Positions 1 to 11,376 of a DNA stretch of 64,000 nt are shown here, one piece after another (within the stretch, counting starts at the first letter, position 1; every line of letters begins with the position of its first letter). The stretch comes from Penicillus capitatus (Eukaryota; Plantae; Chlorophyta): assembly GCA_965649825.1 (NCBI GenBank), contig OZ287696.1, positions 1,646,081 through 1,710,080 of the forward strand, written 5' to 3'. The notes beneath the pieces are model-generated. The model searched no databases, was not told where the DNA came from, and saw only the letters and a program-made list of their open reading frames with translations. Both the position numbers and the translations under genes were made by a program.

Positions 1-1254
1 CCATCCTGCCTCGAGCCATTCAACAGAGAGGAAAAGAGATGCGTCTTATCTCTGACCTTTGTTTTGGGAACGATCATTCCCACAGAATCTGCCGAGTAAT
101 AATCTGGAAGAGTGACATGGACACCAGCACTGGGCAAAACAATATCTGGCTTGGCAGGATCTGCCATTTTACGGATGCGATCTGTGAAGGGCCCGGCGGC
201 GTTGATCACCACACGCGCATACACTCTGATCTCTTCGTCACTCATTTCATCCCGTATTACGGCACCAATCACACGACCCCTCTCCTGAACCACTTCCGTT
301 ATCATCCTGCTCCATCAACACAAGACACAGAGGTCATACGATCGATCACCTTGATGAGGCTGACACAGGGGGCGTGATTGAGAACAGTTGCTCCTGCAAG
401 CGCCGCTGTCGTGATCAGAGTCAGATTGAGTCGAGCATCGTCAAACTGTCCATCGTAGTACAGTACCTACTCTTTGAATTTCGGCGTCTCTGTTTTCTGC
501 GAACGGCTCACCGATCCTTTGAGCGTGGATCCATCTGATCTCTGAACGGCAAGTGTTGGAAAGCGTAGCTTGGATTCTCCCCACGGCAGGAATCGAGATC
601 CCGTCAAGCCCCGACTGCCGGCAATGAAGTCGTAAGCTTTCAGTCCCGACCAGTAGTACGGAATCTCCCACCATTGATAGCAAGGCTGTACGTCACACAT
701 TTCTCACTCTTCTCAAACCGATCATCTTCGACACGATCTGACCGTCATGATTGGGAGAGAGGACGTGAGAAACGGAGCGTTCATGAGGAGACGCTTGCGC
801 TCTTGCAGTGCTTCGAAGACGAGTTTCAATTGACCGAAATCTCGTTGAAAAACAGCCTTCTCGAGGTAACGAACGCCTCCATGGACGAGTTTCGTTGAAC
901 GCGAAGACGTCCCAGCGCCAAAATCTGCCGCCTCAACTAGCGCCGTATTGAGTCCCCTTCGCACATAGGATCTTAGGCGACAGCGATGATAGAAGGGAAC
1001 GACCGCGTTGCTGCGTCGACACAGCAGCCAGCGCCCGTAGCTCCGCCTCCCACAATCAAGACGTCAAACGGTCGATCGCGGGTGCCTCGTTTCAGCGACG
1101 CCCACTGAGCATCGCGTCTGGGTAAGTACGTCCCGTAGACCTCTTCCGAGAGAACCACGGGGACATCGGATACCGCACTCGAATAATACCACAACGCCGT
1201 ACTGGCGCCCACGACGATCGCACTCGCCGAGAAGAAACGCACAAATCTCGTCAT
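1..1254 (-). CDS. GPD2: Mitochondrial FAD-dependent glycerol-3-phosphate dehydrogenase (SDP6/GPD2 type), 5' part; continues beyond left edge
   Basis: Spliced minus-strand exons give [52 protein letters not shown] and YYDGQFDDARLN, hallmark motifs of the family; ATG at 1254 with an N-terminal hydrophobic segment. Confidence 0.95.
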
Positions 1255-1320
1255 CTACGTATTCTTGCACTTGGACATCATTGGCTTATAAACTGCCGTA
1301 GCGTTTCATGAAGAGAGCGT

Positions 1321-2602
1321 TTAGCGCTTTTTCTTACGACGGCGCGGTGAGCGTCGATATTCTTCTTCTTCCGAATCATCGTCATCGTCATCGAAATCAA
1401 AACTGAGATTCACTTTCAGCAACATGGTGACCTGTCATGTCACACACATGAATGGAATCACTTGGTCTGTATGACATACCCGTCCTTTAGCTCCGCATTG
1501 AAAGACGTAGCCGCATCCGATGATCAGCGCAAAGAGTAAGGCGAAATAGCCGATCGGGATAATGATGGCCCAGAACAGCTTGGACGTGGCAAATGCATCG
1601 CGACCGTGCTGCGCCAGCATGAAATGATCGAAACCGCGACAGGTCCATCTGTCAATGAATCGGGGGCCCTTGACATTCACCTGTCACATCAACACCACTC
1701 GCTCGGGGATCGACCAGCGGGCGGAACGACTATAATGTTCACAACTGTTGTGTTGACGCAACTCGTGCTGAACGCCACCCAGTAGTCTTTGTCGTCAAAA
1801 CAGAAGGCCCCTAGATCCATCCTTGTGTGACGTCGCGAAGGTTTGGAAAGAGACGACCCTTCATGAATTTTCGAATGGTCTGTCGGTCTTTGAGTTGTTC
1901 AGCTGTTCGATAGTGAAGCTCGAACTTGGTTGGCTGATAAAGTTCGTAGTCGAAGAGGACACGCTCGAGTCGGCCATACTGCGCAAACAAACACTCTCTC
2001 AGTCTTCCTGCCACTGCTGGAGGCACATCAGACGTGATCAATGAGATCCGACTTGGTCCTGAATCCATCTTCGCTTGGCAGAGTGCATTTCCCCATCCAA
2101 TCTCGTTCCATGCAGAGTCCCTTGTAGTACACGGCAGGCGAGTACCTGAAGATGAACTCAGACTGGAGAGCGCGACGGCCTCCACAGACCATAATGTGGT
2201 ATTCGGATTGCATCCCTCCGGGGGATGCGGGATCGAGAAGTTGATGTTGAATCTTGCTGGCGATCGAGGCTCGAGTTGGCTGACTGGTATGGTGAATATC
2301 GAAACGGTCTCTTCGGGATCCACTTTCAGTTTGCCGGAGTAGTAGAGTTCCCAGTCGCCAGGGCTGACGACTTCCTTGCGCTCTGGACGCCATCTCCGCC
2401 TTGTCTCTTCTGTTTTGTTCGCTTCGGGAGCCTCCTCGGGCGAGAGAGCCGGCTCGGAGGCCGGCGTTGTTTCTGAGCACCGTCAGGCGGACTCTTCGAT
2501 CGGAAAAACAGACGGACGCGCGAACACACCTTCTTGTGCCTGGCTGAGGGCAGCGTTCCACAGGCAAAGGGTGAACAGCGTCCACCAAACCGCATGCTGC
2601 AT
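1321..2602 (-). CDS. Hypothetical type-I membrane protein (signal peptide, Cys-containing ectodomain, one TM helix, acidic-then-basic tail)
   Basis: MQHAVWWTLFTLCLWNAALSQA signal-like start. A GT..CTGAC..CAG intron removes an in-frame TGA and joins a long open frame (ELYYSGKLKVDPEET...). TM LFWAIIIPIGYFALLFALIIGCGYVF; tail DFDDDDDDSEEEEYRRSPRRRKKKR*. Middle introns are approximate. Confidence 0.6.
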
Positions 2603-2703
2603 GGAACGAATGGGCGCGGCTGGTGTTTTAGTCAACCGTTTGTCTCGTGCCGAGCTTGTCGTACGAAGTGCGTTGTTGGTTTTCTCGTTCTCCATCGCCA
2701 ACA

Positions 2704-3963
2704 ATGCACACGCACAGTAACCTGTTCGTAAAGAACATTCCCACCGAGATAAACGAAGCAGTGCTGCGCTCCTTGTTCCAAACCTACGGCAACGTGCTTT
2801 CCTGTCGCATACTGAAGAGTCGCTACCGTGGCTCCAATAACGTCGGCTTCGTTAAGTTCGCAAGGCTAGAGGATGCCGAATTGGCTATACAGTATATGCA
2901 TCTAGCGACGATTGAGAACGTCGTGATAGAAGTGCGTTTCGCCGATCAAGATGTCGGCGAGAGGCGCAGTCATTCACATTCGGATTATGAACCTGAGTAT
3001 CGTTCGGTGGAAATCTCGCACGACCAGCATCCCTGTAAGAACCTTTACGTCAAGGGATTTCCGCGTCAGTGGCGGGAAAGGGACCTTATGGATTTTTTCA
3101 GCAATTTTGGAACCGTTGTGAGTGCTAAAGTCCTGTCCTCGCGCGAATCTAGTGGAAGGAGCGGGGCGGGCTTGGTGATGATGGCATCCGTTGACGAAGC
3201 GGCTATTGCCTTGCGTCATGTAGACGGCCGGATTCCACTCGGAGGCGAAATTCCGATGTCGATTAAATATGCCGATTCGGAAGTAGCCAGTCGAGGTGGA
3301 AAAACTAAGAAACCGGCTTCTTCGTTTGAGAGCAGGTGGCTTTCGCACTTTCTAAGATCTTGTTTAGATGCTTGTGCATGAAGATATACACCTTATGTTC
3401 CAGAGCGGCCCTATAAGAAGAAGCCATACGGAGGCAAACAGCATCTGCCTTTGGCGCCGGTCTTGACACAGGCCGCTATGCAGTCCTCCAATCTTTGCCC
3501 TGTGATTGGCCAGCAATTCAAATTCGATAGGGAACCGCATCCAGTTGAGCGCATTAAACAAGAGCCTTATTGCCCGATGCCTTCTGGAAACTCCTATTCC
3601 TCTGAACCACATGCAAACTACGACCATTCTTATCACTCTAATGCGCACATGGAGTCTCAGCCATCGGACATGAATCAATCCATCCTTTCTAAACAAGATG
3701 AGCAGAGAACCAGTCTTTATATTCGTAATCTGCCACATGATGTTGACGAATTGCGTCTCTATGAGTTGTTTGGGCACTATGGCGGCATTCGCAGTGTTAA
3801 GAGGTTACCAGATCGGGATACAAAGAGTCGTGGAGGGGTGGGTTTCGTAAACTACGTTGATCATGCTGCTGCTTCCCAAGCAACAGCTGAGATGGACGGA
3901 GTGCGAATCGGCAATAATGTGCTGATTATCACACTCCAAGTGCGACCGACTTATAAACGTTAG
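2704..3963 (+). CDS. ELAV/Sxl-like RNA-binding protein with three RRMs
   Basis: RNP2/RNP1 pairs NLFVKNIP..VGFVKF, NLYVKGFP..GAGLVMM, SLYIRNLP..VGFVNY. One 48-nt intron (3336-3383) joins ORFs 2647-3381 and 3451-3963, which share a frame. Confidence 0.9.
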
Positions 3964-4543
3964 CAAAGGTGCTCTAACTGTGGCATCTCAGGGATTCAAG
4001 CAGAGATAGCGTCATGGAACAACATGCATGCTGTTTGTCGATTAGAGTTCGTTGTGTGAGAGTGTTAGACGCGAGAACGTGTTGAAACAACAGAGGAGAA
4101 ATGGCAAGGGGGTGTTGGGTGAATCCGTGCTCAGAATCTGAATGTTGCTGCTCTCACAGTCCGACAGCTTCGCACTACTAAACGATTGTCGAACTGCGAC
4201 AAATGTTCATTTATGACGCTGGCGACTTTGTCTCTCATTCGGCAATGCAATGCTCTCGAAGCATCCGAATGATTTATTGCATTGATCGAGTAGAATTTTT
4301 TGTGGAGATCATATGCTTTGTTTGTTGATTGCCTCTTTCCCTAACTTCTGTACTTCTAACTGGTATCGCTGTTGGTTGTGCGTATGGTCTGGAAAGAAAT
4401 AATGTAAACTTCGAACAACTTTGCCATGACAGTCAATGCGCAATCGATCTTGTCGATAATCATTCGGATGGAATAGAAAGACGCGATTGCATCTCTGCCT
4501 TTGCTGGAATTGAATCCAGAAACGCACATTGCGTTTCGAACAG

Positions 4544-5449
4544 ATGTACGGGTCGGCATCTTCACGCCGTCTTGTTTGCAGAAATGGATCGACAAGACAT
4601 TATAGGCCGTGCTGCTTGTGCAGCCAGCCGCAAGACGCTTCCGTCAGAAGAAGCCCTTTTCCACTTTTCTCCGTCGAGCGTCTGCAAAACCCTCTTCCTC
4701 TGGTTGCCCCTCTTGCTCTGTGCTGTGCCCTAACCTCGATCACCACTCCGGCGTTGGCATACCTTCCTTCACCACAAGTCCGTCGTTTTCGCATTCCGTG
4801 CATATTTCAAACTGCCACATCAGCAACAGGAGGATATTTCGTGCACGATCGTTGAAGAGAGGCATATGCCAGTTCCAATGGCCGATTTGTTTAACGGTGT
4901 CTTCGGAGATGGGGAGGAAACGTTCGATCCGTTTACACTCTATGGAAAAACGCTGTAGGTAAATACTGTTTATCGGTTTGACGATCGGCAAGATCCGATC
5001 TGTCTGTTCGCAGCAAGAAGTACCTCATCGAAAACATTGAGAACGGTCGTGTCGTCAGTCGAAAGAAAGGATTTACGGTGGACACTTGCATCGGCATTCA
5101 GCCAGAGTTCCTTGAAACCCCTCAATTCAGGGCTCTTTCCTCTACTGAGAAGGTTCTGCCGCTTTGGAATGCACACATTGACTGTTTGCTCATCAAGGAG
5201 TCCTTTTCGGGGAATCGCACATGTGTGCATTCTGTTGGGAGTGGTTTGGAAGAGACATGTGCCAAATCGTGTGAAGAATCCTGCGAGAAGGTGCTGTCAT
5301 CCTACGCAGAAGATGTCCGTACCGAGAAAGGAGTCAAAATAGGAGACAAACTGGAGCAGACATTGTTGCGTCGATGCACGAGACAGTGCAATTTTGAATG
5401 CGGAAAGCCTGGCAAGATTTCGGATTTCTACATCCCCTCCAGAAATTGA
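4544..5449 (+). CDS. Predicted thylakoid-lumen Cys-rich protein (bipartite targeting, twin CX3CX3C)
   Basis: Reconstructed from exons 4544-4777, 4830-4954, 5014-... . A transit-like N-terminus and hydrophobic stretch end in the AxA site PALA, followed by DPFTLYGKTLKKYLIENIENGRVVSRKKGFTVDTC..CAKSCEESC..CTRQCNFECGKPG. Confidence 0.7.
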
Positions 5450-5524
5450 ACCGTGTTTTGAAAGTGTATCGCTGAACCTTCAGATTTTTTTCCGATTGCA
5501 GACGTGACGACCTTCATGTGCTCC

Positions 5525-6806
5525 ATGGCGTCGACATTGGGGCCTGGCCGCGTGCGGATCGAGAACAGGCTTCGCCATCCGAGAGGCGAACATCGTCTTC
5601 TGCCTGTTGTGCGCGTGTCTAACGAAGCGACGACGCCCGTTTACGCTTCATCCCTTCGCGACATTGCGTCATACATCGTGGGATGCGTCTAATGGGTCAC
5701 AATCTTCGTGACTTTTTGCATTTCTTAGGAGAAAGGAAGCGCAGAGGACGAAACTGAGGCTTTGCGGCTCATACGTGAGCTAAGAGAAAGCGGAAGCATC
5801 ATAGGATTCGATGAAGGGCGCCGTTTGCCGAAGCGTAGCTACTCACTTTCGGATTTACGCCTGCACAAGATCGATGCCTCGAAGCTTCTGACGCCGAAGG
5901 ATAACACGATCAGCAGATTGAAAGCCTATGCTTCCCTGGCCTACATTGCTGGACTCTCATCAGGCATCATGACAGATGTCATCAACATCTCATCGGCTAC
6001 AGGAATTATCATTTTTACAGGTCTCCTCGTCGGAGCCGATCAGGTGCCACTCCCACACGCCAGCGTGACCTACCTATCTATCTGCTTCTTCAGATTCAAA
6101 CAGGGGGCGGCGTGGAGTTTCTGTTGGTGGAATGGTTGGCGAGTGTATTTCAGCCTGGGTATCAGAAGCGTGTGGCACTGCATGAAGCTGGACACTTCTT
6201 AGTCGCTTACTTATCGGGTCTCCTTCCCAAGAGTTATACGCTCTCAGCATTGGATTACTTCAGAAAGTTTGCCTCTCCTCACAGTTCGTTTTACAAGCAG
6301 ACGTTTCCTGTTTCTCAGACATAGAACATTCAACATCCAAGCAGGAACGACCTTTTGCGACAGTGAATTTCAAGCAGAGATAAAAAGCGGTACACAAGAC
6401 TGGGATTTGCATCTATTGCTTACTCAGACGGTGTCGTTTTGAAGGTCAATTACAAGCAACCAGCTTGGATAGAGTCACGTGCGTTGCCGTGGCCGGCGTG
6501 GTCGCTGAATACTTAACTTTTGGTCATGCAGAAGGCGGACTAAATGATATCCTTCAACTTGATCAACTCATGCGCTCTCTTAAGGTACATGTCGATCATT
6601 AAAAAGTCTTGTAAAACCTTCTGCTGCAGTTTTCTCAGAAGAAGGTCGATAGTGAACTGCGCTGGGCTGTGATGAATACAGTGAGTTTGCTCAGAAGACA
6701 TCGAAAGCTTCACCGAAAGCTAGCGGCACGCATGAGGGACGATGCCGCCATCACGGATTGTATCGCAATGATCGAAGACGAACTCAAGACATGCGATGAC
6801 ATTTAA
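5525..6806 (+). CDS. Chloroplast peptidase M41-like HEXXH protein (Arabidopsis At5g27290/VIR3-related family)
   Basis: RVALHEAGHFLVAYLSGLLPKSYTLS, QAGTTFCD, AVAGVVAEYLTFGHAEGGLNDILQLD, FSQKKVDSELRWAVMNT across spliced exons. Confidence 0.88.
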
Positions 6807-7042
6807 CGCTGTCTGCCACAGCAGAGAGCACAACGACTGAGTATTACTTTTGTTCGATTCGAATCCTCAGAAAAAATGCGTGTGTACGGACAGCGATGTA
6901 CGATTGGACGGTCGAGCTTTAATACGACAAGCAAACGCATGGAACAGATTTTTATCATCACAATTCGGGTAGATAAGCTCGACAAGGGCAAATCCTATAA
7001 GATACATTTTCCTATTAACGAGAAGGTGATAAAATCGAATTC

Positions 7043-7822
7043 CTAGCTGCTGTTAGATCCGACACTGGAATGGCTTGAGAGTGAAACGGATCCAGAAACA
7101 GAAGGAACTGCGAACGCGGCCAACTGCGTGTCCAAGATGGTCGATGGTGTCGAAGCTGTGTTCTTGAGCTGCTCCCACGTGTCGATCGCCACTCGCACTT
7201 TACCCATAAGCGTTGTCACTCTTTCAGAACCCTGGATTGTCGGCCGAGACTCGGATGCTGCCGCCTCAAAAGGATGCCCTGCTGCACGTATTTGTTCTTG
7301 ACGTGCCAGCAATGTGTCGATAGAACCCTCCGCTCGACGGGCAATGGAGTTGGCAATCTCTGTCGAACAGATTGGCATCTCCGCCAAGTGATCTCTCCGA
7401 AATTCGATTAACTGATTGCCGGTCTTCTTTGTGTATTTCTTGAGGATCTTCAGCAGACACGTGCAGCCAAGCATTGCCGAATGGACGAAAAGGAGCATTT
7501 CTCCGTGGAAATCGGCAAATCGGTTGGCAATCTCGCGACAACGCTCTTCTGTCTGAGCACTGTTAGCCTGCTCCTCCAGGTTGGCCATTTGAATGACACG
7601 AATTTCCTCTTCCTCCATAAAGCGATCATTTACTTGTTCAATGCAAGTTTTGAGATTTAGTACGAAGTCCGTCTGTAGTCGGGCAGCCTCGTCGCGTTGG
7701 CCAGTGACCTGGCACTCTACCATTTGTCTGAGTGTTTTCTTCAGCTGCTTATAGCCATCAAAGAGGGTTTGAATGTCGGGAATTGTTTCGGCCGTTTCGC
7801 GTAGCAGATTGCAAAACTTCAT
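7043..7822 (-). CDS. Stand-alone SPX-domain phosphate-sensing protein (SPX1-like), intronless
   Basis: MKFCNLLRE..DGYKQLKKTL (SPX start), FMEEEEIRVIQ, DFHGEMLLFVHSAMLGCTCLLKILKKYTKKTG (SPX lysine-cluster region). Confidence 0.9.
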   Translation of the reverse strand: MKFCNLLRETAETIPDIQTLFDGYKQLKKTLRQMVECQVTGQRDEAARLQTDFVLNLKTCIEQVNDRFMEEEEIRVIQMANLEEQANSAQTEERCREIANRFADFHGEMLLFVHSAMLGCTCLLKILKKYTKKTGNQLIEFRRDHLAEMPICSTEIANSIARRAEGSIDTLLARQEQIRAAGHPFEAAASESRPTIQGSERVTTLMGKVRVAIDTWEQLKNTASTPSTILDTQLAAFAVPSVSGSVSLSSHSSVGSNSS

Positions 7823-7856
7823 TGTCCGATACAGACAGATTAGATAATGATAGTAT

Positions 7857-8330
7857 ATGTGGGTGGGCAAACGTCGCGTCGGACGATGGGACTCCGACAC
7901 AGTCTACTTTCGCGTTAGATGCATACAGTTCTGTCACGCTATCGCTTTAACGACTGTTATTACATTAGGTCGTCACATCATGTCTGTTTCCTTTTTGGGC
8001 ATCATGTTTTCCAAGGGGTGCCGCTTAGAAGGGTTTGCGAGCTCTTAGAGGGCTTTCCTCCGGCTCCCAGAGTCAGCTGACTCGCTTGTCAAGTCACATC
8101 TAGCATGACACGCGGGAGGCACCGCGCTAAACAAACGAACAGCGGAAGACTTTAGAACTTTACAGAGCAAGGCATCTACAGGTTCGCATCTACGGATTTA
8201 TACGGCGAAGTTGAATGGACAGGTGAGTCACCCCCGACTCCCGGAACCACGGAAGAAGACCTTTGAGCAAACAGGAACCTTGTACGAGCGCCTCGTAGAA
8301 TGGAGAACACCGAAAAAACAAGACAGAGGA
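7857..8330. repeat. Copy 1 of a diverged ~470-bp non-coding direct duplication upstream of SPX
   Basis: Blocks ATGTGGGT..GCAAACGTCGCGTCGGAYGATGGGACT, CAGCGGAAGACTT..CAGAGCAAGG, CAGGTGASTCA..GAACCA and AACAAGACAG recur in the same order at ~8687-9190 (offset ~830-860 nt). Confidence 0.85.
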
Positions 8331-8365
8331 TGACACCACGCAAGAGGGTGACATAGCATAACATA

Positions 8366-8373
8366 GCATATAC
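8366..8373. promoter_or_regulatory. P1BS-like element GCATATAC (GNATATNC) ~545 bp upstream of the SPX ATG
   Basis: Exact match to the land-plant PHR1-binding consensus; it lies in a 10-bp tandem repeat (ACATAGCATA x2). A short motif, so it could be chance. Confidence 0.4.
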
Positions 8374-8599
8374 ATAAATCCGTAAAATTGAACATGTAGA
8401 CTGTGAGCGGCGCAAGATGGGACAGATGGGATCGATAGGGCCGGAAACATCCAGAACCTTCGAAATCATGAATAAAAATGAAGTTGATGAGTTGAAGAGA
8501 CGAATTCGACCGTCGTTTTGTTGAACCTCGAACTTTCTAGACTTCTGTAAGGGTTTGCACTTGTTGTTAATCCGTTCTTAAACGCGCAGACGCGTAATT

Positions 8600-8690
8600 T
8601 TAGAGAGCGCCGACATAGACAACTCTGCTCTGTGTTCTAAAGTTTTCTGCCGTTAGTCTCCGAAGCGTGACGCGGCCGGTGCGACAATGT
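8600..8690 (-). repeat. Inverted third copy of repeat block B
   Basis: Reverse complement TGTCGCACCGGCCGCGT..ACTAACGGCAGAAAACTTTAGAACACAGAGCAG resembles 8105-8190 and 8945-9030. Confidence 0.6.
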
Positions 8691-9190
8691 GGGTATGCAA
8701 ACGTCGCGTCGGATGATGGGACTGCACGATAGTCAACTGTCGCATTAGACACATACATTCTGTCGCGTCGGTCGAGCCGCGTAGCAGGAGCAAGAAGCAA
8801 AGATGGGCTCTCAACTATGTTCAGCGCAACATGAAGCATGGTTCAGTATCAGCATTGAATACCCCAAATTGACGCTACTTTTTAGGGAGTTGACTATCAG
8901 GCTCTCGGAACCAGAAAATCGGCATCTTTTGGAAGCTTGTGAGCACCCTGTCGCGCGGAGGCGCCGCGTTTGAACGAACTCACAGCGGAAGACTTACGGT
9001 TTTCAGAGCAAGGTGAAACAAGGTTCAGTTTGTCCATTAAATATCCGCATGGTGACGTGACCTCCCTATGCAGGTGACTCAGCACCGCTTCAGAACCAGA
9101 GAAAAAGGACCCTTAACGGGTCCACATGCCCAGTGACAAGACAGCCAGTGGCCCAAAGCAAGATGCACCCATCCCGAACAAGACAGTCAC
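8687..9190. repeat. Copy 2 of the diverged direct duplication
   Basis: Colinear similarity to 7857-8330; the first ~80 bp are the most conserved. Confidence 0.85.
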
Positions 9191-9270
9191 ATCGCCAGAC
9201 CAAATCTTGGCGACACACCCGCCGGACGTCGCGAGGGGCCGGAACGCCACATGCGCCGACGGACGCGGGA

Positions 9271-9929
9271 ATGCCCATTTGGCCTCCGTGTGCAGCTCCG
9301 TCGGCCGCACCGAATCACACTGCGCCACCAAACGCCTCGTGGAAGCGGAGAAGAGCCGACCTGGCTCCAGAGCGTTGCTTTTTTAGAGGTATTTTATGTA
9401 TTACAACAGAAAGCATCGTCCGAGAAGAACTTATGGGTATCCTTGAAAGATTTGGCCAAATCGAGAATCTCGACCTCCCGAAGCATGAGTCTAGACGTTT
9501 GAAAGTGTATGGCTTCGTCCAGTTTGCCAATGCCGAATCTGCAGTAATAAGGCAATTTTTCTTTCTTACACTGTTAATGTTGTGTCTGAAGTGACGGGCG
9601 CTAACTTTGTCCGGAACAGTGATCACCGGTGGAATTCTCTATGTGGAGAAGTTTCGAATATAGACACATCGTCGACGCCGCAAAAAACAGAAGGAACGTC
9701 ATCAATTAAAGGCGTACCGAAAGAAACAAGAACTTTGGATGCGTTCAAACAACTCAAACCAGCGAGCTATATCATTGGAAGACAAGGTTACATCATCACA
9801 AAAGTTGAAGAAGATGGGCTCTACCATCGGAACGCCGTAGGCCGCGCTGATAGCTATTGGGCCGCCGTCTGCAGCGCCGGGCGCATCGATGATGGATTTG
9901 GGCCACCGTCCACGATGATGGGTCTGTGA
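9271..9929 (+). CDS. Single-RRM protein
   Basis: CFFRGILCITTESIVREELMGILERFGQIENLDLPKHESRRLKVYGFVQFANAESA (RRM with RNP1 YGFVQF); GTAATA..GAAG intron joins ORF 9582-9929. Start uncertain. Confidence 0.65.
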
Positions 9930-10413
9930 AGAGAAAAGACAGAAGACTTACACTGGTTCCATCCAAACTCTTCTTTCGCGGAACAGAGTCTTGGGTCGGA
10001 GCATCTAAAGATTAGATGGTCTTCGTAGGGGGAGTGGCTGTCTTGGTGCTCATATCTGCTAAGGCTTAGTCTGACGTCGGCATGGAATTTTTTGAGGTAA
10101 GGTTTTGCTTTCTTGTAGTAAATATAGTAAGTACATGCCTGTGAAGAGTGCCTTAGATCGTCGAGGCGGTGAATGCATGCACCGAATGAGAGAAGAAACC
10201 AGAATCGAGAAGCGCAGAAAAGACTATCGCATCGTGTGTATCTGTTCGACTTTCATTCAAAACAGGACGAAGATTCATTCATTCAAAACATGTTACTATT
10301 AGATAGATCCCTTCATGACAGTACCAATCGTAGCTGGATTCCTCTGAAGGTTTTTTTGCACATCTTGTTCCCGAAGAAAACCTCGATCTCAGAACCGTCG
10401 TAATCTGTGCGGA

Positions 10414-11376
10414 ATGGATTCGTATCGCATGCAAATGAGGTCCGTGCAAATTGGTCTTCGTCGTCCACTGCCGTGCTCAACGACCCAAATCCGAGCCACC
10501 GGCAAAGGAAACACCGCGAAAGAGAAGAAGCTGAAACTCGAACGAGGGTTCCGCTGGGATCCTGCTTTGCAGCGATGGGTCGAAGAAAAGCGAAATGTGG
10601 GTAAAGAGTTTGACGCATCGGACATGATCATAAAGACTAAGACAGGAGACGAATACGTCGTATGCATCAGGCATGTGCTCCTCAGCTGACTCAGACCGTC
10701 GTGCCCATCGTAGGTATGGCCTGTTGTGCACTCCTATCTCGTCGAGAAAAACCTCAAATCGGTAAAATGCACTGAAGTGGAAAAAATGATGGCGAAGGGA
10801 TACACATTGTTGGATGTCCGTCTGGCAGAGGATTTCAAGAAGAGTCATGCAAAGGGTGCAATAAACGTACCTTTATTCAGACCAGTATCGCGAGAAGGGG
10901 GTTGGAATGCGTTCAAGAAGGTGGCCTATGTCTTCATGGGCATGACGCCAACAGGTTTTTCATACTTTTGGTGAATACTTGCGTTGAGGCGCCTTTTTGA
11001 GATAGAAAGAAATACAGAATTTGCGCAACAGGTTGCCGAAGCCGTTCCAAAAAAATCCAAACTGCTCGTCATGTGCAGTCGAGGTCTGTCCTTATCTTCG
11101 TTGTCACACAGCTAAATCATGGATCATAGGCGGTACGCTGGAGACGATCATTGTTGGGCCTGGTGAGAATCCAAAGACCTGCAAAGACCCAGACCGTGCG
11201 TTTGGACGCGAGACGCGTTCTTTGAAGGCCATCTTTGAGCTCTTCCAAGTTGAGTCTGTCGACACACCCTCAGGAATCTAATATATTTCGTACAGGATGG
11301 ATTCAAAGATATGTTCTATGTGGAAGGAGGGTTTGGTCAGTGGTGTTTCGACGGCCGAGAACTGGAAAGCGACTAA
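10414..11376 (+). CDS. Chloroplast rhodanese-like domain protein
   Basis: YTLLDVRLAEDFKKSHAKGAINVPLF, ERNTEF, KLLVMCSRGGTL, GRETRSLKAIFEL, YVEGGFGQW across 5 exons. Confidence 0.85.

Noticed and set aside
4329-4733. 134-aa Cys-rich TTG-start ORF
   Set aside because: It has no ATG, a stop immediately upstream, and overlaps the better-supported lumen-protein exon in another frame.
10173-10403. ORF with NERRNQNREAQKRLSHR resembling a bZIP basic region, plus a 13-bp direct repeat TTCATTCAAAACA
   Set aside because: No leucine zipper follows and no coherent gene model emerges; probably upstream/UTR sequence of the rhodanese gene.
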